In this document: piece after piece, positions 41,907 through 56,849 of the stretch
Layout: every line of letters starts with the position of its first letter
Numbering within the stretch: position 1 is the first letter of the stretch
Source: Octopus vulgaris
Taxonomy: Eukaryota
Direction of reading: 5' to 3'
DNA length: 64,000 nucleotides
Assembly: GCA_951406725.2 (NCBI GenBank)
Contig: OX597827.1
Span: 65,224,001-65,288,000, forward strand
The notes under the pieces: model-generated
The model's database searches: none
Told to the model about the DNA's origin: nothing
The model's input: only the letters and a program-made list of their open reading frames with translations
Position numbers and translations under genes: made by a program

Positions 41907-42651
41907 CTATTTCTTTATTACCCACTAGGGGCTAAACATAGAGGGGACAAACAAGGAAAGACATAGGTATTAAGTCGATTACATCGACCCTAGTGCGTAA
42001 CTGGTACTTAATTTATCGACCCCGAAAGGATGAAAGGCAAAGTCGACCTCGGCGGAATTTGAACTCACAACGTAACGGCAGACGTTATACCGCTAAGCAT
42101 TTCGCCCGGCGTGCTAAGGTTTCTGCCAGTTCGCCGCCTTTAATATTACCATTAATATCACCTTTAATATCACCATTACCATTAATGTTACCTTTAATAT
42201 TACCTTTAATATCACCATTAATATTACCACTAATCGCTAAACCAGCGAACTGGCCGAAACGTTAGCACGCAGGACAAAATGCTTAACGCCATTTCACGGT
42301 CTTTACGTTGTGTTCAAATTCTGCCAGGGCCGATTTCGCCTTTAATTCTTTCGGAATTGATAAAATAACTACCAATCGGACACCGGGGAGGGGGAGTATA
42401 ATGAAGTTAACCTCCCCCTCCCCGAACTTGCTGGGCCTTGTGCCAAAATTTGAATTCGTTATTACTATTAATCTATTAATTAAATATTAGTGGTTGTGTG
42501 GTAGTAGCTTGCTTACCAGCCACATGGTTCCGGGTTCAGTCCCACTGCGTGGCACCTTGGGTAGGTGTCTTATACTATAGCCTCGCCCCGATCAAAGCCT
42601 TGTGAGTGGATTTGGTAGATGGAAGCTGAAAATAACCCCGTCGTATATAAC

Positions 42652-42704
<53 letters not shown>

Positions 42705-43405
42705 GTGTGTGTGTGTGTGTCTGTTTGTGTGTCTGTGTTTGTCCCCCAACATCGCTTGACAACTGGTGCTGGTGTGATTACGTCCCCGTGACTTAGCGGT
42801 TCGGCAAAACTGAGACTGATAGAATAAGTACTAGGTTTACAAAGAATAAGTCCTGGGGTCGATTTACTCGACTAAAGGCGGTGCTCCATTATGGCCACAG
42901 TCAAATGATTGAAACAAGTAAAAGAGTATAAAAGTAAAAGAGTATTATATGATTTTTTTTAATGAAAATCTAAATACGAGTCATTAAAGTTTGAACCAAT
43001 AATTCTCTTTCTTTTACTCTTTTACTTGTTTCAGTCATTTGACTGCGGCCATGCTGGAGCACCGCCTTTAGTCGAGCAAATCCACCGGGGTTTATTCTTT
43101 GTAAGCCCAGTACTTATTCTGTCGTCTCTTTTGCCGAACCGCTAAGTGACGGGGACGTAAACACACAAGCACCAGTTGTCAAGCGATGCTAGGGGGACAA
43201 ACACAGACACACAAACACATACATATATTTATACATATATACGACAGGCTTTTTTCAGTTTCCGTCTACCAAATCCACTCACAAGGCATTGGTCGGCCCG
43301 GGGCTATAGCAGAAGACACTTGCCCAAGATGCCATGCAGTGGGACTGAACCCGGAACCATGTGGTTGGTAAGTAAACTACTTACCACACAGCCACTCCTG
43401 CGCCT
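41907..43405. mobile_element. SINE cluster: Meta SINE (-, 41907-42136), old Meta SINE (+, ~42240-42455), CORE SINE (+, ~42490-42943), CORE SINE (-, ~43004-43405)
   Basis: Homology to the families above; repeated at about 49484-50895. Confidence 0.85.
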
Positions 43406-44160
43406 ATATAATTTTTTTTAATGAAAATCTAAATACGAGTCCTTAAAGTAACCTATAATCACTTTGAAATCAAATTTGCAACACATACTCTTCTTTATTT
43501 CGTTCAAACGCGATTTTTCAGTAGTGTTCAAATGTTTAATTTTAACAACTGCAAAATTTTAATTACCTCCCTTTATAATAACTATTTCTATTTATCTGTC
43601 ATACTAACAATTCACTTTCAATTACTCCGCCATTACATTCCTTCGCGACATATGAAAAGAGTGATTTTGTCCTGTAGACATGATTTGTTATTTGTTTTTT
43701 AAGTGCTGTGCTTTAATCATTTTAACTGTAATTTAATTTCAATTAAAACTCTTTATTAACAATTAAATTATCGACTTTTATTTACTTCCTATTAGTTATT
43801 TCACTTCTCAACTACGATTGTGTTTTACTGTTACAAATTATTTCATGTGCAAACTTCACTTATCTCCCACTCTCTATTTCTTTGTAGACTGATAACTTAA
43901 TATTGATAGGAATCTCATGTAATTTGCATTAACCAGTGTGTCGCGTGAGTCTAGGCGCCAGTCTCAATTCTTATCGACTATTGTTGGTTACATGCAGAAT
44001 AATTTTGATAAAAACGGAATTACCTGTAAAACATCAATGTATTATACAGACATACGTACATATACCTTCATGTATTTATGTATGTATTTATACACATACA
44101 TTATATATGTAATTTGTATCACATCGAAACTAACTATGACTTAATTTTTCCTCTGACACC

Positions 44161-44212
44161 GTCTACGATGAAGGGATATTAGTAATTAAAATCCTAGAAA
44201 CAGCTGTAAGAC
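44161..44212 (+). ncRNA. Hammerhead-like motif with degenerate core
   Basis: GTCT-ACGATGA-AGGGAT...ATCCT-A-GAAA-CAGCTG-TA-AGAC. The second copy (~51659-51707) has lost the GT of the cleavage triplet. Confidence 0.5.
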
Positions 44213-44290
44213 CTTCTATCTATACAGTCTTGGTTCTTTATCTATACAGTCTTGGTTCTTTATCTTATTACACAAAATTTCTTATACATA

Positions 44291-44338
<48 letters not shown>

Positions 44339-44340
<2 letters not shown>

Positions 44341-44846
44341 GTAAATCCTCGAGTATAGGCGGCCCTTGAGTATAATACGCAGTGGATGTTTAGGGGGATG
44401 TACCTCTGAACAAACCTAAACCTTGTGTATAATACGCACCACTTCTCTAACTTGAGTCGTACGTAATTAAACCAGCAGCACCTAGTCGAACAAACACTTC
44501 CGCGCATGCATAATACAATAATGGTGATGTTCTTAACTGTTATATGGGAATGTAAATATGTTTGCAAATTGCTTTTGTTGTATGTTATTCTGTGTTCTGA
44601 ATAGTTTTATTTTAATAAATATTGTTTAGTGCACGTTATGGATGATTCTTTTATGACATTATTGATTTCAGGCTTAGCTTAAGGTATTTTCGCGCACGAC
44701 ATCATAAAATGCGTCTGAATAAACATTGCCGGACAGCAAATAGAGACTTGGACATTCCATAGAAAATGTTTTTCATTTTGAAACTTGCATAATGATTTTG
44801 ACCTTTAAATTTTTGGGGAAAATGCGGATTATACTCGAAAATTTAC

Positions 44847-44848
<2 letters not shown>
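44339..44848. mobile_element. Tc1/pogo-type MITE in (TA)n
   Basis: TIR ccgtaaat..tcgagtata / tatactcga..atttacgg with TA flanks; duplicate at 51839-52348. Confidence 0.85.
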
Positions 44849-44891
<43 letters not shown>

Positions 44892-44901
44892 ATTATATAT
44901 G

Positions 44902-44959
<58 letters not shown>

Positions 44960-46703
44960 TTACGTGTATATATTCTATTCTTTTATTATTTTACTGGTGA
45001 GAGTAGTTAGGAATCTAAATCGTAGGAGACAGACACACAACTTGACTGTTATATATAAAGATATACGAGGGGCTTCTTTTAGTTTCTGTTTACCAAATGA
45101 ATTCAAAAGGGTTTGGTCGGCCCGAGGCTCTGGTAAAAGACACATGCCCAAGGGGCCACACAGTGGTACTGAACCCGGAACAATGGGGTTGGGAAGCAAG
45201 CTTCTTAGCACACAGCCATAACTGCACCTGTATATATGATATTATATACATACATATATATATATTAATGGAAGTGTGCAGTATTATAAATCCATTACGG
45301 TTTATCTTACCCATTGACTTCGCACTAGCGTTTCAACGGAGTGTTAGATAACAGTTTGATTATGTAACCCCGAGTGACCACAATGTTGCGTAATGGCAAT
45401 GTTATTTAATATTACGTTGAAACCCCAGTATTAAACCGATTGGTAAAACCAGCGGTAATGGTTATCTAATACTGTAGATTTCGATTAATATACATACATA
45501 CTAAAAAATATATGAGTACGCATTTTTTCTGACTTATGGATTCTTAAGCGGCTATATATGCATATGTGTATGTATGTGTATGAGTCTGCTGGTGGGTGTA
45601 TTACCGCGGGCGCGTATTTTCGTGTTTGTGCCCTCCACCGCTTGACAACCGGTTCTTGATTCGTTATATCCCCTGCAACTTAGCGGTTCGGCATAAAAGA
45701 CCGATAGAATAAGTTTTACACTTTAAAAATAAAATTTAAAGAATTACTGTTATGTTTAGTTTCCTTCGATTAAAGCACTTGAAGACGCTGCCCCAGAATG
45801 ACCGCAGTCCAATGATTGAAACAAGCAAAAGATTAAAGATGTGAGTGGGTTCGCGCTCACGTGTGTATATATTCTCTTCTTGCTACAAAATAGCTTAGAG
45901 TTTACTGAGTGTAATTTGTGTAACGTGTCCACTACTATAACTAAATGCCAAAATACTGCTGTGTGTTTATCTTAGCCTTGCAATAACATGTTTGTATTCA
46001 ATACTTACATTTATAAAGACTTGCCTCCAGCTCCTCGTTGTTGAGCAATACTAATTTCCTCTCTTTTGTCGACTGCTTCTAAAAATTTTATAAGTCATCT
46101 AGAGTAATTAAGAATTAAGAATTAATGTATTAGTAATGACGAAAGCTAAAGCTACCGAAATGTAATATTTTGTATGTCACAGCTGTTCGTTTAAGAAAAA
46201 GTAAACAAACGATTTAATAAAATTAAATCACATCTATTTGTCAATTGAGGAAAACAAACTCACAAATCTAAACTGACGTTAAAAATGTCCAGAAACTTAT
46301 TTGTCTGTTGTGAGTAAATAATAGTTAATTCTTTAATTAAGTAAACAAGGAACGTAACAAATTCTTCTATAGTAATTAATTCTAATACAAATTTTAATTG
46401 CAATATTGTATCTTCTTGGAGAAGAAAAAATGATTAAGAAGAATTATTTTTAGTTCCAGACGTAGAAAGCATGCAACCAATATGTTCGCTTCATAGCCAA
46501 GAGAAATCGGTTTCGGTACCAATGCGTAGCTCTTTTATAGTTTTCTTTTCATTATAACGTCGAGTGAGGCAATGCTTTATGAGCGAAATATGGTGGCAAG
46601 AACTGTTTAGCAGTCTGCAGTGCTTATGGGTTTCGATGTACAAATATCGTGATTGTATGTGTGTAAGTGTGTACACACGCGCATGTCTTTGTACAACTCA
46701 AAG

Positions 46704-46764
<61 letters not shown>

Positions 46765-46898
46765 ATACATATATATATATAAGAACTCGGAGGTTTAGGG
46801 CTTAACAGGCCTTTTCCGATACCCTTAAATCCACGAACTTTTAACCACCCCCATCGTCTATATATATGTATGTATATGCATGTATATGATCTAACTAA

Positions 46899-46943
<45 letters not shown>

Positions 46944-46955
46944 CATCTGTCTGTC

Positions 46956-47025
<70 letters not shown>

Positions 47026-48394
47026 CATGAGTAATAAAGATATATAAGTGTTAATTTAATACAGCCGTTTCGAGCGACTCCTTTAATTAATCAATGAAAG
47101 CATTACATCATTAAAAAGAAAACCGTTCTCATCCGATGACCGCATAGACCTGAGACATGAAGGACAAATCAGATATTTAAACGTATTCATATCACCAATA
47201 GAGAGCGAATATTTACAACGATTCCGCTGCTTAATTTTGGGAAGAATGAAAAAAGGACAATACAGCGACAGACAGACCAGAAATTATCATAGGCTAGAGT
47301 GATGGGCAAGGATCAACGAGAGTAGTGGCCCCGTTATCTATACATCGAAGACAATAGGACAATGTAGTCTTCAAAATATCTAAAATTAGATCTTCGGGGA
47401 GTTATAAAATAATTAGTGTCATGACAGACCTTCTACTATCTAAGAAAATGGATCTTTACATCCGGCTTCACCAACACCAAAAGGTATGCCATCGTGGGGC
47501 CAAGGACATGGGGAGGGATGATAACAGAAGGAAAAGAGGGGATAGGGATAGCTAATAAAGCTTATTTTGATTGTCACCTTTCAAGGGAAGAAAACGGGAG
47601 CTGTTAAAAGGAATACCTCTTAAAGGATTATGGGTGGGATATAAATTGAAGGAGTAAATTTTAACCATAGTTTACTTGTACCGTTAAAGCAAAATATAAA
47701 CTTACAGATATATAAAAGCAAGAAAGAAATTTCAAATATAACTTAAGAAGGGGATAACGTATAATTTAATATATGATGATAATAAGGTTGCAGTGTGTAA
47801 CGACTTTTATGAAAAAGAGCTAAAGATTATAAATTGCCACTAGATTTTTATGCTATAAAAAATTTTTAAATATAAGGATATAAAAAATAAAATACAGAAC
47901 CGAATATAAATATAAAACATAATATAATAAACTATAAATAATGTAAAGAATATATATACAGAGGCATGGAAATATAAAATATAAAATATTTAAAATATAT
48001 AAAATATATAATGTGTAAAAAAAAATTTATAATGTTAGGTGTTGATGTACACTTTCGGGTTTATGAGAAATTTTTTTAAGCTGTCAAAGTATTAATAAAG
48101 CATACAAAAATATTTGAAGAGTAGATAAAATCTTAAGATATAAGGATGTAAGATATAAGATTTATAAAATATATGAGGAAATATAAAAAAATATTTGAGA
48201 AGAATTATAATAAAATTATAACAAATTATATAAAATTTTTATAAAAGTAAACCAATAAAGGAAGCTATACTAAGAAATATAAAAAGGAAATAAGGTAATA
48301 TAAAATGAAAATGATGTGTATATTATAATAGAGTTGTTATATAAATAGTTATAATCTGAATATTAATTAATTATTTATACTAGATGGATAAAGT

Positions 48395-48680
48395 CATAAG
48401 TATGCAATTCCATACAACATAATTAACATCCATATCGGCTATTTGTGTATGCTTGAGCTCTACGCGCTAAATCCTATTTAAGAATGAAATGGATATTATT
48501 GACTTTTAAGTTCCCAAATTTACGTGGACCGTCATGTGTTCATAATATTACCCGTACCTCTAAATACTTTAGAAGCTGATAATTATTTAGTATATCAAAT
48601 ATTTTTCTGGTGATTAAAATTTATCTTTCTTTAACTCCTTTGATCTATTAGCTCTTAGTAATCATGATATACGCATACCA
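48395..48680 (-). pseudogene. Decayed Penelope-like GIY-YIG endonuclease C-terminus
   Basis: IWELKS/NNIHFILK*DLARRAQAYTNSRYGC*LCCME resembles the PLE motif IWELK.NNI...KWSI..RA..Y.N....C.LC..E; duplicate at about 55905-56195. Confidence 0.6.
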
Positions 48681-49335
48681 ACCCCCAGCGATGAATCTAT
48701 TCTATCACGGTTAATATAAATATTAATTTTTTTTCCTAACGAGTCCTCAATTTTCAAATCTTCCCTAATTATAAAAGGATCTGTTAGTATCATGCCTCAA
48801 TCTTTGTTCTTCGTTGTATTTTAAATATATTTTCCTAACCTATTTGTACTGATAATTTTAATTCCATTTTATCTCTATTATAACCCGGTATACTTATGCC
48901 TTTTACCATTTAATATTAATAATTAATCAATATTCTGATTATAACTATTTATATAACAATTCAATCATAATATATTATTTATTTTCATTTTATATTACAT
49001 TTTTCCCTTTTTATATTTCTTAGTATAGCATCTTTTATTGGCTTACTTTTATAAATTATTTTTTAAAAGAATTTTTTATTATAACTTTTTATATAATTTC
49101 ATATTATAGTTTTTATTATAATTTTTCTCCCAGATATTTTCTTATATTTCTTCGTATACTTTTCAAATCTTATATCTGATATCCTTGTATCTTAAGATTT
49201 TATCTATTCATCATATATTTTTCATAAATTTTTTTTATGTGTTATTAATACTTTGACAGTTAAAAAAAATTTTCATATATCCCACTGTGTACTGTGAACC
49301 TAAACTTACAGAATTATATTTCTAAGCATTATATA

Positions 49336-49435
49336 NNNNNNNNNNNNNNNNNNNNNNNNNNNNNNNNNNNNNNNNNNNNNNNNNNNNNNNNNNNNNNNNN
49401 NNNNNNNNNNNNNNNNNNNNNNNNNNNNNNNNNNN
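49336..49435. other. Assembly gap (100 N)
   Basis: Run of exactly 100 N. Confidence 1.
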
Positions 49436-51779
49436 GGTGAAGCGTTTTTCATTCAACTTTGAATAAACCACCATTAATATTACCTATTTCTTTATTACCC
49501 ACTAGGGGCTAAACATAGAGGGGACAAACAAGGAAAGACATAGGTATTAAGTCGATTACATCGACCCTAGTGCGTAACTGGTACTTAATTTATCGACCCC
49601 GAAAGGATGAAAGGCAAAGTCGACCTCGGCGGAATTTGAACTCACAACGTAACGGCAGACGTTATACCGCTAAGCATTTCGCCCGGCGTGCTAAGGTTTC
49701 TGCCAGTTCGCCGCCTTTAATATTACCATTAATATCACCTTTAATATCACCATTACCATTAATGTTACCTTTAATATTACCTTTAATATCACCATTAATA
49801 TTACCACTAATCGCTAAACCAGCGAACTGGCCGAAACGTTAGCACGCAGGACAAAATGCTTAACGCCATTTCACGGTCTTTACGTTGTGTTCAAATTCTG
49901 CCAGGGCCGATTTCGCCTTTAATTCTTTCGGAATTGATAAAATAACTACCAATCGGACACCGGGGAGGGGGAGTATAATGAAGTTAACCTCCCCCTCCCG
50001 AACTTGCTGGGCCTTGTGCCAAAATTTGAATTCGTTATTACTATTAATCTATTAATTAAATATTAGTGGTTGTGTGGTAGTAGCTTGCTTACCAGCCACA
50101 TGGTTCCGGGTTCAGTCCCACTGCGTGGCACCTTGGGTAGGTGTCTTATACTATAGCCTCGCCCCGATCAAAGCCTTGTGAGTGGATTTGGTAGATGGAA
50201 GCTGAAAATAACCCCGTCGTATATAACTATATGTATATATATATATATATGTGTGTGTGTGTCTGTTTGTGTGTCTGTGTTTGTCCCCCAACATCGCTTG
50301 ACAACTGGTGCTGGTGTGTTTACGTCCCCGTGACTTAGCGGTTCGGCAAAACTGAGACCGATAGAATAAGTACTAGGCTTACAAAGAATAAGTCCTGGGG
50401 TCGATTTGCTCGACTAAAGGCGGTGCTCCATTATGCCCACAGTCAAATGATTGAAACAAGTAAAAGAGTATGAAAGTAAAAGAGTATTATACTCTCTTTT
50501 ACTCTTTTACTTGTTTCAGTCATTTGACTGCGGCCATGCTGGAGCACCGCCTTTAGTCGAGCAAATCGCCCCCAGGACTTATTCTTTGTAAGCCCAGTAC
50601 TTATTATATCGGTCTCTTTTGCCGAACCGCTAAGTGACGGGGATGTAAACACACAAGCATCGGTTGTCAAGCAATGCTAGGGGGACAAACACAGACACAC
50701 AAGCACACATACATATATTTATACATATATACGACAGGCTAATTTCAGTTTCCGTCTACCAAATCCACTCACAAGGCATTGGTCGGCCCGGGGCTATAGC
50801 AGAAGACACTTGCCCAAGATGCCACGCAGTGGGACTGAACCCGGAACCATGTGGTTGGTAAGTAAACTACTTACCACACAGCCACTCCTGCGCCTATATT
50901 ATATAATTTTTTTTAATGAAAATCTAAATACGAGTCATTAAAGTTTGAACCTATAATCTGTAATTTGACTAAGTCAAATTTGAAACACATACTCTTCTTT
51001 ATTTCGTTCAAACGCGATTTTTCAGTAGTGTTCAATTGTTCAATTTTAACAACTGCAAAATTTTAATTACCTCCCTTTATAATAACTATTTCTATTTATC
51101 TGTCATACTAACAATTCACTTTCAATTACTCCGCCATTACATTCCTTCGCGACATATGAAAAGAGTGATTTTGTCCTGTAGACATGATTTGGTATTTGTT
51201 TTTTAAGTGCTGTGCTTTAATCATTTTAACTGTAATTTAATTTCAATTAAAACTCTTTATTAACAATTAAATTATCAACTTTTATTTACTTCCTATTAGT
51301 TATTTCACTTCTCAACTACGATTGTGTTTTACGGTTACAAATTATTTCATGTGCAAACTTCACTTATCTCCTCACTCTCTATTTCTTTGTAGACTGATAA
51401 CTTAATATTGATAGGAATCTCATGTAATTTGCATAACCAGTAGTGAGTCTAGGCGCCAGTCTCAATTCTTATCGACTATTGTTGGTTACATGCAGAATAA
51501 TTTTGATAAAAAACGGAATTACCTGTAAAAGATCAATGTATTATACAGACATACGTACATATACATTCATGTATTTATGTATGTATTTATACACATACAT
51601 TATATATGTAATTTGTATCACATCGAAACTAACAATACTTAATTTTTCCTCTGACACCGTCTACGATGAAGGGATATTATTAATTAATATCCTAGAAACA
51701 GCTAAGACCTTCTATCTATAAATGTTCTAATATCTATACAGCCTTGGTTCTTTATCTTATTACACAAAATTTCTTATAT

Positions 51780-51840
<61 letters not shown>

Positions 51841-52346
51841 GTAAATCCTCGAGTATAGGCTGCCCTTGAGTATAATACGCAGTGGATGTTTAGGGGGATG
51901 TACTTCTGAACAAACCTAAACCTTGTGTATAATACGCACCACTTCTCTAACTTGAGTCGTACGTAATTAAACCAGCAGCACCTAGTCGAACAAACACTTC
52001 CGCGCATGCATAATACAATAATGGTGATGTTCTTAACTGTTATATGGGAATGTAAATATGTTTGCAAATTGCTTTTGTTGTATGTTATTCTGTGTTCTGA
52101 ATAGTTTTATTTTAATAAATATTGTTTAGTGCACGTTATGGATGATTCTTTTATGACATTATTGATTTCAGGCTTAGCTTAAGGTATTTTCGCGCACGAC
52201 ATCATAAAATGCGTCTGAATAAACATTGCCGGACAGCAAATAGAGACTTGGACATTCCATAGAAAATGTTTTTCATTTTGAAACTTGCATAATGATTTTG
52301 ACCTTTAAATTTTTGGGGAAAATGCGGATTATACTCGAAAATTTAC

Positions 52347-52393
<47 letters not shown>

Positions 52394-52406
52394 ATATGTA
52401 TATATA

Positions 52407-52459
<53 letters not shown>

Positions 52460-54226
52460 TTACGTGTATATATTCTATTCTTTTATTATTTTACTGGTGA
52501 GAGTAGTTAGGAATCTAAATCGTAGGAGACAGACACACAACTTGACTGTTATATATAAAGATATACGAGGGGCTTCTTTTAGTTTCTGTTTACCAAATGA
52601 ATTCAAAAGGGTTTGGTCGGCCCGAGGCTCTGGTAAAAGACACATGCCCAAGGGGCCACACAGTGGTACTGAACCTGGAACAATGGGGTTGGGAAGCAAG
52701 CTTCTTAGCACACAACCATAACTGCACCTGTATATATGATATTATATACATACATATATATATATTAATGGAAGTGTGCAGTATTATAAATCCATTACGG
52801 TTTATCTTACCCATTGACTTCGCACTAGCGTTTCAACAGAGTGTTAGATAACAGTTTGATTATGTAACCCCGAGTGACCACAATGTTGCGTAATGGCAAT
52901 GTTATTTAATATTACGTTGAAACCCCAGTACTAAACCGATTGGTAAAACCAGCGGTAATGGTTATCTAATACTGTAGATTTCGATTAATATACATACATA
53001 CTAAAAAATATATGAGTACGCATTTTTTCTGACTTATGGATTCTTAAGCGGCTATATATGCATATGTGTATGTATGTGTATGAGTCTGCTTGTGGGTGTA
53101 TTACCGCGGGCGCGTATTTTCGTGTTTGTGCCCTCCACCGCTTGACAACCGGTTCTTGATTCGTTATATCCCCTGCAACTTAGCGGTTCGGCATAAAAGA
53201 CCGATAGAATAAGTTTTACACTTTAAAAATAAAATTTAAAGAATTACTGTTATGTTTAGTTTGCTTCGATTAAAGCACTTGAAGACGCTGCCCCAGAATG
53301 ACCGCAGTCCAATTATTGAAACAAGCAAAAGATTAAAGATGTGAGTGGGTTCGCGCTCACGTGTGTATATATTCTCTTCTTGCTACAAAATAGCTTAGAG
53401 TTTACTGAGTGTAATTTGTGTAACGTGTCCACTACTATAACTAAATGCCAAAATACTGCTGTGTGTTTATCTTAGCCTTGCAATAACATGTTTGTATTCA
53501 ATACTTACATTTATAAAGACTTGCCTCCAGCTCCTCGTTGTTGAGCAATACTAATTTCCTCTCTTTTGTCGACTGCTTCTAAAAATTTTATAAGTCATCT
53601 AGAGTAATTAAGAATTAAGAATTAATGTATTAGTAATGACGAAAGCTAAAGCTACCGAAATGTAATATTTTGTATGTCACAGCTGTTCGTTTAAGAAAAA
53701 GTAAACAAACGATTTAATAAAATTAAATCACATCTATTTGTCAATTGAGGAAAACAAACTCACAAATCTAAACTGACGTTAAAAATGTCCAGAAACTTAT
53801 TTGTCTGTTGTGAGTAAATAATAGTTAATTCTTTAATTAAGTAAACAAAGAACGTAACAAATTCTTCTATAGTAATTAATTCTAATACAAATTTTAATTG
53901 CAATATTGTATCTTCTTGGAGGAGAAAAAATGATTAAGAAGAATTATTTTTAGTTCCAGACGTAGAAAGCATGCAACCAATATGTTCGCTTCATAGCCAA
54001 GAGAAATCGGTTTCGGTACCAATGCGTAGCTCTTTTATAGTTTTCTTTTCATTATAACGTCGAGTGAGACAATGCTTTATGAGCGAAATATGGTGGCAAG
54101 AACTGTTTAGCAGTCTGCAGTGCTTATGGGTTTCGATGTACAAATATCGTGATTGTATGTGTGTAAGTTTGTACACACGCGCATGTCTTTGTACAACTCA
54201 AAGTATATATATATATATATATATGT

Positions 54227-54274
<48 letters not shown>

Positions 54275-54412
54275 ATACATATATATATATATATAAGAAC
54301 TCGGAGGTTTAGGGCTTAACAGGCCTTTTCCGATACCCTTAAATCCACGAACTTTTAACCACCCCCATCGTCTATATATATGTATGTATATGCATGTATA
54401 TGATCTAACTAA

Positions 54413-54457
<45 letters not shown>

Positions 54458-54469
54458 CATCTGTCTGTC

Positions 54470-54539
<70 letters not shown>

Positions 54540-56849
54540 CATGAGTAATAAAGATATATAAGTGTTAATTTAATACAGCCGTTTCGAGCGACTCCTTTAA
54601 TTAATCAATGAAAGCATTACATCATTAAAAAGAAAACCGTTCTCATCCGATGACCGCATAGACCTGAGACATGAAGGACAAATCAGATATTTAAACGTAT
54701 TCATATCACCAATAGAGAGCGAATATTTACAACGATTCCGCTGCTTAATTTTGGGAAGAATGAAAAAAGGACAATACAGCGACAGACAGACCAGAAATTA
54801 TCATAGGCTAGAGTGATGGGCAAGGATCAACGAGAGTAGTGGCCCCGTTATCTATACATCGAAGACAATAGGACAATGTAGTCTTCAAAATATCTAAAAT
54901 TAGAACTTCGGGGAGTTATAAAATAATTAGTGTCATGACAGACCTTCTACTATCTAAGAAAATGGATCTTTACATCCGGCTTCACCAACACCAAAAGGTA
55001 TGCCATCGTGGGGCCAAGGACATGGGGAGGGATGATAACAGAAGGAAAAGAGGGGATAGAGATAGCTAATAAAGCTTATTTTGATTGTCACCTTTCAAGG
55101 GAAGAAAACGGGAGCTGTTAAAAGGAATACCTCTTAAAGGATTATGGGTGGGATATAAATTGAAGGAGTAAATTTTAACCATAGTTTACTTGTACCGTTA
55201 AAGCAAAATATAAACTTACAGATATATAAAAGCAAGAAAGAAATTTCAAATATAACTTAAGAAGGGGATAACGTATAATTTAATATATGATGATAATAAG
55301 GTTGCAGTGTGTAACGACTTTTATGAAAAAGAGCTAAAGATTATAAATTGCCACTAGATTTTTATGCTATAAAAAATTTTTAAATATAAGGATATAAAAA
55401 ATAAAATACAGAACCGAATATAAATATAAAACATAATATAATAAAATATAAATAATGTAAAGAATATATATACAGAGGCATGGAAATATAAAATATAAAA
55501 TATTTAAAATATATAAAATATATAATATGTAAAAAAAAATTTATAATGTTAGGTGTTGATGTACACTTTCGGGTTTATGAGAAATTTTTTTAAGCTGTCA
55601 AAGTATTAATAAAGCATACAAAAATATTTGAAGAGTAGATAAAATCTTAAGATATAAGGATGTAAGATATAAGATTTATAAAATATATGAGGAAATATAA
55701 AAAAATATTTGAGAAGAATTATAATAAAATTATAACAAATTATATAAAATTTTTATAAAAGTAAACCAATAAAGGAAGCTATACTAAGAAATATAAAAAG
55801 GAAATAAGGTGAATATAAAATGAAAATGATGTGTATATTATAATAGAGTTGTTATATAAATAGTTATAATCTGAATATTAATTAATTATTTATACTAGAT
55901 GGATAAAGTCATAAGTATGCAATTCCATACAACATAATTAACATCCATATCGGCTATTTGTGTATGCTTGAGCTCTACGCGCTAAATCCTATTTAAGAAT
56001 GAAATGGATATTATTGACTTTTAAGTTCCCAAATTTACGTGGACCGTCATGTGTTCATAATATTACCCGTACCTCTAAATACTTTAGAAGCTGATAATTA
56101 TTTAGTATATCAAATATTTTTCTGGTGATTAAAATTTATCTTTCTTTAACTCCTTTGATCTATTAGCTCTTAGTAATCATGATATACGCATACCAACCCC
56201 CAGCGATGAATCTATTCTATCACGGTTAATATAAATATTTATTTTTTTCCTAACGAGTCCTCAATTTTCAAATCTTCCCTAATTATAAAAGGATCTGTTA
56301 GTATCATGCCTCAATCTTTGTTCTTCGTTGTATTTTAAATATATTTTCCTAACCTATTTGTACTGATAATTTTAATTCCATTTTATCTCTATTATAACCC
56401 GGTATACTTATGCCTTTTACCATTTAATATTAATAATTAATCAATATTCTGATTATAACTATTTATATAACAATTCAATCATAATATATTATTTATTTTC
56501 ATTTTATATTACATTTTTCCCTTTTTATATTTCTTAGTATAGCATCTTTTATTGGCTTACTTTTATTAAATTATTTTTTAAAAGAATTTTTTATTATAAC
56601 TTTTTATATAATTTCATATTATAGTTTTTATTATAATTTTTCTCCCAGATATTTTCTCATATTTCTTCGTATACTTTTCAAATCTTATATCTGATATCCT
56701 TGTATCTTAAGATTTTATCTATTCATCATATATTTTTCATAAATTTTTTTATGTGTTATTAATACTTTGACAGTTAAAAAAAATGTTCATATATCCCACT
56801 GTGTACTGTGAACCTAAACTTACAGAATTATATTTCTAAGCATTATATA
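49436..56849 (+). repeat. Copy 2 of the ~7.4-kb direct duplication
   Basis: Begins exactly at the gap (ggtgaagcgtttttcattc, the same as 41859). Confidence 0.97.

Larger units (their letters stand above)
41859..49335 (+). repeat. Copy 1 of a ~7.4-kb direct duplication
   Basis: Collinear with 49436-56849 and ends exactly at the N gap. Confidence 0.97.

Noticed and set aside
41859-56849. Genuine recent segmental duplication
   Set aside because: Both breakpoints coincide with an assembly gap; treated as a probable haplotig overlap pending read data.
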